Assembly: GCA_002269645.1 (NCBI GenBank)
Contig: NIVC01002392.1
Coordinates: 114,628 to 178,627 of the forward strand
DNA from: Macrostomum lignano
Lineage: Eukaryota
Length of the DNA stretch: 64,000 nt
Reading direction: 5' to 3'
The position numbers and the translations under genes were made by a program. Positions within the stretch are counted from its first letter, which is position 1, and each line of letters begins with the position of its first letter. Shown one piece after another: positions 61,539 through 64,000 of the stretch. Under the pieces are notes generated by a model. The model was not told where the DNA came from. It did not search any database and saw nothing but the letters and a program-made list of their open reading frames with translations.

Positions 61539-62024
61539 TTAATGGTTAATTAAAAAACAATTCTCTATCAGTTTAATGATCTCCAAATATTGATCGCCAT
61601 ATAAAAAATTTAAAGCAAACTCCCCTGTTAACAAGGTAACACCATTATCAAATATCTTCTGTACGGGGTTTTTAGTAGTATTATTAATGCAAATATAATA
61701 TAAATCAAATTCAAGATTAACATATTTAAATTCTAATAACTTTTGAATATTTCTAAATCGACTTGATGAATTATCTGTATTATCAGAAGATTTTAACTCT
61801 AACGCAATTTTTCTTTCGGTATGAATTAAATCAATTTTCTTTATTTTTCCAAAACCAAAATGTTCAATAGCTAATAATTCATAAAGAGATCCAAGTCTCA
61901 TTTGAATTGTTTTAATACGGTTTGCAATTATTAATTCATCTTGAAATATTTTATTTAGTATTCTGTCAGAACCAACCTTATCATAAATAGGTTTACAAAG
62001 ACAATCTTTTATCGTATTTTCCAT
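61539..62024 (-). CDS. PD-(D/E)xK nuclease resembling Eco47II-family type II restriction endonucleases, 161 aa
   Basis: RIKTIQMRLG...E...IDLIHTERKIALELKSSDNTDNSSSRFRNIQKLLEFK...YYICIN matches the D...E.K..NT.NSSS pattern recalled for Eco47II-like proteins, especially giant-virus versions. The ORF is uninterrupted. Confidence 0.7.
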   Translation of the reverse strand: MENTIKDCLCKPIYDKVGSDRILNKIFQDELIIANRIKTIQMRLGSLYELLAIEHFGFGKIKKIDLIHTERKIALELKSSDNTDNSSSRFRNIQKLLEFKYVNLEFDLYYICINNTTKNPVQKIFDNGVTLLTGEFALNFLYGDQYLEIIKLIENCFLINH

Positions 62025-62040
62025 TTTAAAAAAATAAAAT

Positions 62041-62718
62041 TTAATTAATTCCAGTATGTCCTGCAGCTTTGGCAGCGGCTAAAACGAGTTTTCGAGGAGT
62101 TTTTAAACCATCACCAACAGCCCTTTTGTTATTTATAGAACCAACAATCCTTTTATACAAACTGGTGTTTTTAGCAGCTCTTACTCCTAACTCATCATAA
62201 AAATTTCTAGCGCTTACTAATTCATCCTCAGTATATAAATCAGGATTAAACTTTACTCTAGGGTTCATAATAATATTATATGCTCCACCCAATCCTCTAT
62301 ATAGTTCATTCCGATTTTTATCAACTCCACCAATTCGATAATTATCATTACCTAAATCTGTCACACCAATACTTTGTGGTGCAGCTCTAGAATATTGTTC
62401 AACTCCACCCCGTTCTGCACTCTTAATCTCTGCAACTCGCAATAGTGCTTGATCAACATCATAAGCAGGCGGCTCATCCTCCACAACATCGTCCTCTTTT
62501 GGTTCCGTATTCTTAGCAATTTTTTCAAGAAGGTCTTTATCTGTTTTTTCTAGTTCACTAATTTTCCCCGTAATAGGATTAACAAAAGGAGCAGCAAATT
62601 TCTCACCAGCCAACTGTATTCCCAACTTTCTTTTTTGCAAATCTCTAACAAAATCAGAATATCTTTGCTTCTCTTTATAAATCGCTAACTCTCCATCAAC
62701 ATCCATAAACTGACTCAT
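62041..62718 (-). CDS. Polinton/adintovirus conserved virion-associated protein (GasderminX/PZ-like), 225 aa, C-terminus possibly shortened
   Basis: Ends GDGL...KLVLAAAKAAGHTGIN, resembling the G.GL...RL.LL.A...AGNTG..NE motif of Polinton proteins. Confidence 0.55.
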   Translation of the reverse strand: MSQFMDVDGELAIYKEKQRYSDFVRDLQKRKLGIQLAGEKFAAPFVNPITGKISELEKTDKDLLEKIAKNTEPKEDDVVEDEPPAYDVDQALLRVAEIKSAERGGVEQYSRAAPQSIGVTDLGNDNYRIGGVDKNRNELYRGLGGAYNIIMNPRVKFNPDLYTEDELVSARNFYDELGVRAAKNTSLYKRIVGSINNKRAVGDGLKTPRKLVLAAAKAAGHTGIN

Positions 62719-62752
62719 TTTTTAATATAAAAAACTTTTTTAACTTAAAAAA

Positions 62753-64000
62753 ATGGCTGAAACAAAAACCATATGGAGTGATAAATTTCATTTCAAAAAG
62801 CACCGTCAGTATATTAATGAGGTCAGGAAAAGAGATTTAAATTTTACTCAACCAACAAGTGATAATTCAAACAATTTTACTACGGGAACAGTAACATTTG
62901 ACATCGGCGCAACCAGCAGCATATTGGATATGAAAAATGCGTTTTTCCGCGTTAGATGGTTGTATACCAGAAACGATGGAACTGCCCTGGTAGCTGGTGA
63001 TATAGCTGACCGATCTGGTATTATTATAGAAAATGATTGGTTTTATAAATGTTTTTTCCCAAGCCCAACTAACAGTTAATGGAGCCGAGGTTGAGACAGC
63101 ATCAAACCCAGCAGAGATTAATGGAGTTTTGAAACATTTAAATTATACTTATTTATAAAAACAAGTTGGTGATAGTGTTGGATGGATGCCGGATAAGGTA
63201 ATGGTCAAGCAGTAGTTTTCCCCAACGTACAAAACGCAGCAGGCGCAGATACCGCAGCTCTTATTGCTTATCTTAATACCAATATAGTTCCAGTTGTAAC
63301 TACCATGACTAACACAAAAGATATGAACACCGGTTTTATAGATCGTCAGAATAAATTCCCAGTCGAGGTTTTAACCACGGCAACCGCATATGAGCAGGAC
63401 TTTTCAATCTTCCCACTATTTGGGTTCTTCTCACCAAATCGTGTATGGAAAGGATTAAAATTTGGTATACAGTTGCAAATATCTGGTGGATATCAACCTA
63501 GGAGGATACTTTATGGAACTTCGATTTCAACCGATATAGCTGCTCGCATAGCTTCAATTCAATTAGTCGTACCAACTATTGAGGTAACGGCTCCGCTTTT
63601 ACCAGGTAAAACACATCGATGATCAGTTAGAGCTTGATCAAGAAATATTTTATTTGAATCGTCGACACTTTATGCGAACCATTAATAACAACCAGGAAAA
63701 TGTCAGTGGCAAATACTGACATCAAAACGTCGGGTGAGGTATATTTTTGTTTGGTTTAAGATAACAAACAGAAGGAGCAAAAGAGCAAACGGGGATTTAT
63801 ATTGGCTTCAATCAGGTGACGTAGCAGCAACAAGCAGCCACCGCAACCGACAACGCGGTTTCAGCGATTAACGAGTTTAATGTCCAGAATATCCGCCTGC
63901 AGGTTGATGATCAATATTATCCGGTTAAAGACCCCCTTAATCTAAATCTTGGAAATAATAATGTTAATGATTTTATAAAATATTATCAGGATTATGTCAA
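62753..64000 (+). pseudogene. Polinton/adintovirus major capsid protein (double jelly roll, hexon-like), several frameshifts and stops, truncated by the window end
   Basis: Pieces across frames: TFDIGATSSILDMKNAFF; FSQAQLTVNGAEVE..NPAEINGVLKHLNY; NTGFIDRQ; PLFGFF; WQILTSKRRVRYIFVWF; FNVQNIRLQVDDQYYP..LNLNLGNN...YYQDY. Confidence 0.8.

Larger units (their letters stand above)
57945..64000. mobile_element. Endogenous Polinton/Maverick (adintovirus-like) element, left arm, decayed; continues beyond the window
   Basis: Abrupt shift to AT-rich, intronless, densely packed ORFs. AGTAGT start typical of Polinton termini. Contains rve integrase, parvovirus-type PLA2 and double-jelly-roll capsid-like genes. 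The exact left boundary is an inference. Confidence 0.9.

Overview
Repeat-rich metazoan genomic DNA with spliceosomal introns, GC-rich exons and many minisatellites. The style resembles a Macrostomum-type flatworm genome, but that is inference only. Host genes reconstructed by hand: AMN1 (3 exons), an orphan multi-pass membrane ORF, a 9-exon CDKL1/4-like kinase, a 4-exon SLC9B/NHA Na+/H+ antiporter, a divergent ETS-domain factor, and a divergent TRPV-like channel with two apparent frameshifts. Mobile DNA: nested non-autonomous hAT elements, tRNA-head CORE-like SINEs (one preceded by a tandem array of its own A-box and split by a hAT MITE), a Crypton-type fragment and a further MITE. From about 57,945 to the window end lies the left arm of a decayed Polinton/Maverick (adintovirus-like) endogenous virus. 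Most striking: (1) this virus carries an intact-looking Eco47II-like restriction-endonuclease ORF packed between core genes, upstream of a PLA2-integrase fusion whose Ca2+ loop is split by an exact 300-bp insert; (2) two reverse-complementary 35-mer arrays bracket the in-frame 201-nt activation-loop exon of the CDKL kinase; (3) a sharply bounded CpG-depleted block at 1-4.6 kb. All family calls come from motif recognition, not database searches.
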